Shown: piece by piece, positions 59,897 to 64,000 of the stretch
How the letters are laid out: each line of letters begins with the position of its first letter
Position numbering within the stretch: position 1 is the first letter of the stretch
NCBI GenBank assembly: GCA_951406725.2
Contig: CATOCA020000001.1
Coordinates: 1,922,001-1,986,000 of the forward strand
Direction: 5' to 3'
Origin: Octopus vulgaris
Taxonomy: Eukaryota
DNA length: 64,000 bases
The notes under the pieces: generated by a model
What the model was told of the DNA's origin: nothing
Databases searched by the model: none
Seen by the model: the letters and a program-made list of their open reading frames with translations, nothing else
Program-made: the position numbers and the translations under genes

Positions 59897-60401
59897 TACT
59901 TATATGTACAATACTCTTCCGTAAGTATTTCTCTTGTTATGGCCATTTGGCTTTATCAAGCCAGTTGTAGAGATAGGTTCTTGTTGGTTTGTTGTCTTTC
60001 ATTATTGTGACATTTCTGTCCTTATATTTGTATATTTGACTTGATGTTATAATAACTTTATATTGTGTTTTTATTGAATAGTTTGTGACATTTGTGATTG
60101 GCAAGTAAATATTTACTCATTAAATATCATTGTTAAGCAATAACGTTGACCACTAATGTGCGTTTTGTTCAATATAATGATCATAATTTTTGTCTTAATG
60201 TAGAACGTAAAGTAAAACAAATGATAATGAAAAGTGGACTCAACTAAGAGATGATGTAAGAAATCAACGCTGTGTGAATAGTTTAATCACTGGGGAAACA
60301 AACTATGTGTAAATGTAGTTGAACTGTTGTGTAATTTGGGGCATCTTTAGTATATGTTTGTGTAATCTTTAACTCATCATTTTATATTTCATCATTTGTA
60401 G

Positions 60402-60580
60402 TTCTGCGTAGAGCTGAAACTGGGAAACGAAGAAAGGTGCTCTGGTGTGGTAGTTGCCAGCTACCTAGCCCACCACGGGGCCAACTTTTACTGTAAAAAC
60501 AAAAGTGGCAGAACACCATTGGACCTAATAAAAAAGGCAAAATTAAAAAAAACGTTAAAGACGTTATTCCGACCAACGCC
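60402..60580 (+). CDS. ankyrin-repeat gene, coding exon 9 (MIB-like last repeat; gene continues)
   Basis: tttgtag|...|gtaagt; FCVELKLGNEERCSGVVVASYLAHHGANFYCKNKSGRTPLDLIKKAKLKKTLKTLFRPT; phase 0 to 2, no stop; resembles MIB1 [26 protein letters not shown] as recalled. Confidence 0.9.
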
Positions 60581-61124
60581 GTAAGTATTCACTGGCAATG
60601 ACAAGATAAACCATTACATTTTCTGTTTTGTATATAACCGTGTTTATATGTTTCTATTGTTTTAATTCTACTGATACATTATACTGTCTTAGAGGCTTAA
60701 TGAAAGGTTACACAACAACAGTAAGAAGAACAATAAACGATATGCAGTTGTTAAGCTAATTAAAGAAAGAACACTATTTTGATTACATTCAAATGATTGG
60801 TTGCATTGACTGTTATACCTCTCCTAAAATCCCCACCCACCTCTCTCAGTTCCCTATTTTAAAGATTTGGGACCAATGAGAAAATGTAGAAGTAAATAGT
60901 GAAGTGATGGAATTTATCTCTCTACCAACAGATTGTTCCTCTGTCTTCTCTGTCCCACCCAGTCATGTCCATGTGAGCTATCCTGAGAAAATCGCCTACA
61001 AACACATACAATGAGTGTACATACATGGATACATACATACATACATCCATCCATCCATCCTTCCATCCATACATACATACATAGAATCATAGATATATAC
61101 ATACATATATATGTATATACACAC

Positions 61125-61210
<86 letters not shown>

Positions 61211-61344
61211 ATATGCATATATATACATACATACTTATATATATATACAAAAACGGGTAAAATATAATTAATTTAATAAAATCAATAAATTTCACCTAGT
61301 AGATTTTTCGGTATGGAAAAGACCATATTTGATAAGAATTATAT

Positions 61345-61991
61345 AATTATAATAAAGGGTTAATTGCAACAAGTTGCTCAAAACCACACACCGAAAATAT
61401 TAGAAATAGCAACCAAATAGATCACTATTTCTCCTACTAATAAAAAAGTCTCCACAAACAAACAGAATTTGTAACCCGTATATGGTAAAGAGAAAGAAAA
61501 CAACGAAATCCCAGCCTATTGGATTAATTATAGACGAATCGTTTCTGATTTAGAACCGAAAGTTCATTTCCTTGTCAACATAATATTTCCCATAAATCTA
61601 GAAATGCTAGGAAAAAATTTTGGAGGGAGATACGAATTCGCCTGTCTATATAAATGTAGAGATGCTAGCAGTCCGTTAGATCGTTCGATGTCGCTTGATC
61701 GAGCCGGTGTAATGGGTGAGTTTTTTTTCCTAGCATTTCTAGATTTATAGGAAATATTATATTGACAAGGGAATGAGCCTTCGGTTCTAATCCAGAAACG
61801 ATTCGTCTATAATTAATCCAATAGGCTGGGATTTCGTTATATTCTTTCTATTTACCATATACGAGTTACAAATTCTGTTTGTTTCTGGAGACTCTTATTA
61901 GTAGAAGAAATAGTGATTTATTTGGCTGCTATTTCTAATATTTTCGGTATGTGGTTTTGAGCAATTTGTTGCAATTAACCCTTTATTATAA

Positions 61992-61993
<2 letters not shown>
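61345..61993. mobile_element. foldback element with ~270-bp arms and ~100-bp spacer, associated with (TA)n
   Basis: 61345-61617 is the reverse complement of 61721-61993; a further terminal fragment lies at 62053-62107. Confidence 0.9.
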
Positions 61994-62052
<59 letters not shown>

Positions 62053-62112
62053 ATTATAATAAAGGGTTAATTGCAACAAATTGCTCAAAACCACATACCG
62101 AAAATATATATA

Positions 62113-62413
<301 letters not shown>

Positions 62414-62426
62414 TATATATATATAG

Positions 62427-63391
62427 TGTTGTGGTTCAGCTTAAGGACAGAGCCGGCGACCTACTTTGGGGATGAATCCATTGTTCTGCCAGATGCGGGT
62501 TGATTAATTAGCTCTGGGGAAACTCCCCGACCCTGTCAGGTGAATTAGAGTTCAGTTTGTGAGAGACAGTGAGAGAGGATGAGGGGCTGAGGAAGACAGG
62601 CAGAGAGTATTGCAGAGCTAAGAGAGAGGGAGATTGCGACAGAGAGATTGGGGTAGTGACAAATCAGTCGGTATTTGGGAGTCAAGGCGAGCAGTTGGCA
62701 GTCGGATTTAGCAGTGAGGATTTGGTATTCAAGGCAAGCGGTTGGCGGTTGGATTTAGCGGTTGGCAGTTGGATTTAGCAGTGCTAAGAGAGATGAACTA
62801 CAATGTGAGACATTGGCTAATGTAACGATACGTGAATTGAGTAAGGGACTTGTCGATGTGTTATAAAAGCTGGAAAAAGAAATGAAACAGTAAAAAGAAC
62901 AATGTGAACTGTATTGATATGTGTTACAGAACTGTTAAAGCAAGAGAGAGATTCTGTTGTAGTCTTTAATGAACATTGAACTGTATATGCCTTTAATGTT
63001 CTTTGAACTGTAACGTTAATGTGATTTGAAACAGAACTGTTGTCTCCGGACTGTATGATGTATTGACTTGATGTTTAATTCGACGTGTACTCTTTAAATG
63101 CTGTTGTTATTGCATTTGATGTGTTGTTACTTGCATGTATTTCCTCTTTGATGTATCTGATATGTATTTGATGTTGTAACAATTATAAAGTGTTATAAAC
63201 TAGTACGTTAAATGTAGGCCAATTGCCTTCTTTGTGTCTCTCTCGATTGCCTCTGTGTCTCTTCTTGCGGCTGTTGTTGTAGTAGTTGTCTCTCTCTCTC
63301 CTCTCCGAGTTTCCGTGGCGAACATTTACTGATCGATCGGGCCTGTGTGAGGGATTCCGTAACAGCTTTCGTTCGGAGGTCCCCCGTAACA
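62427..63391. mobile_element. probable solo LTR inserted in (TA)n
   Basis: 965-bp non-coding block starting TGTTGTGG and ending CCGTAACA (TG...CA, imperfect terminal inverted repeat), flanked on both sides by (TA)n. Confidence 0.7.
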
Positions 63392-63562
<171 letters not shown>

Positions 63563-63645
63563 CAGATTCAGTTGAATTGAGTTCTTAAGTTGAAGCACCA
63601 AGTCAGTCCGTTATAATCCGCGCGGATCGAAGTAAGGTGAATAAA

Positions 63646-63978
63646 GTCAAAATATGCAGCAGGATATCAAATAGTGATGCAGTACGACCATTTCAAGCGA
63701 GTCCATTGACTTGAAAAATGCAATTATTACATCAATTTAAACGCAGTGCTATCTTCAGCTGCACAAAATAAATATTATTTTTTAACTAGTAGGCTACATT
63801 AATGTTATATTAAAAAATCATGTTTTTGTGTCCATTTATTAAAAAACTCCATTTAGTTTGTGCAGCTGAAGATATAATTGCATTTAAACTGATGTAATGT
63901 TTGCTTTGTTCAATTAAATGGAGTCGCTTGAAACGGTCGTACTGCATTACTACTTGTTATCCTGTTGCTTATTTTGAT
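63646..63978. mobile_element. MITE-like inverted repeat (~125-bp arms)
   Basis: tcaaaatatgcagcaggatatc...cttcagctgcacaaa is the reverse complement of tttgtgcagctgaag...atcctgttgcttattttga. Confidence 0.8.
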
Positions 63979-64000
63979 TACACACACACACACACGCACA

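Overview
Eukaryotic, AT-rich, microsatellite- and SINE-laden genomic DNA, most likely an octopus (inferred from the SINE families, RTE LINEs and TA/GAT microsatellite load; not checked against a database). The window holds one multi-exon + strand gene. I reconstructed nine coding exons from splice signals and phases (16833-60580, gene continues beyond the last exon found). It encodes an ankyrin-repeat protein whose last repeat resembles the Mind bomb (MIB1/MIB2) ankyrin array, but the predicted start lacks the MIB N-terminal domains. The array grew by tandem duplication of a phase-symmetric exon pair. The duplicated exons differ at 21/155 nt (14 amino-acid changes) versus 4/158 nt in the adjacent intron, suggesting diversifying selection. 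A third, GAT-corrupted 'ghost' copy is probably an assembly artefact. Three type I hammerhead ribozyme folds are visible by eye: two sense-strand in intron 5, and one in a 360-bp terminally redundant, retrozyme-like element. The rest is tRNA-derived SINEs, RTE and CR1-like LINE fragments, a mariner relic, Helitron pieces, a solo LTR, several foldback/MITE palindromes and over 20 kb of (GAT)n/(AAT)n plus GA-rich and (TATG)n repeats. Nearly all long ORFs in the track are microsatellite artefacts. All alignments and folds were done by eye.
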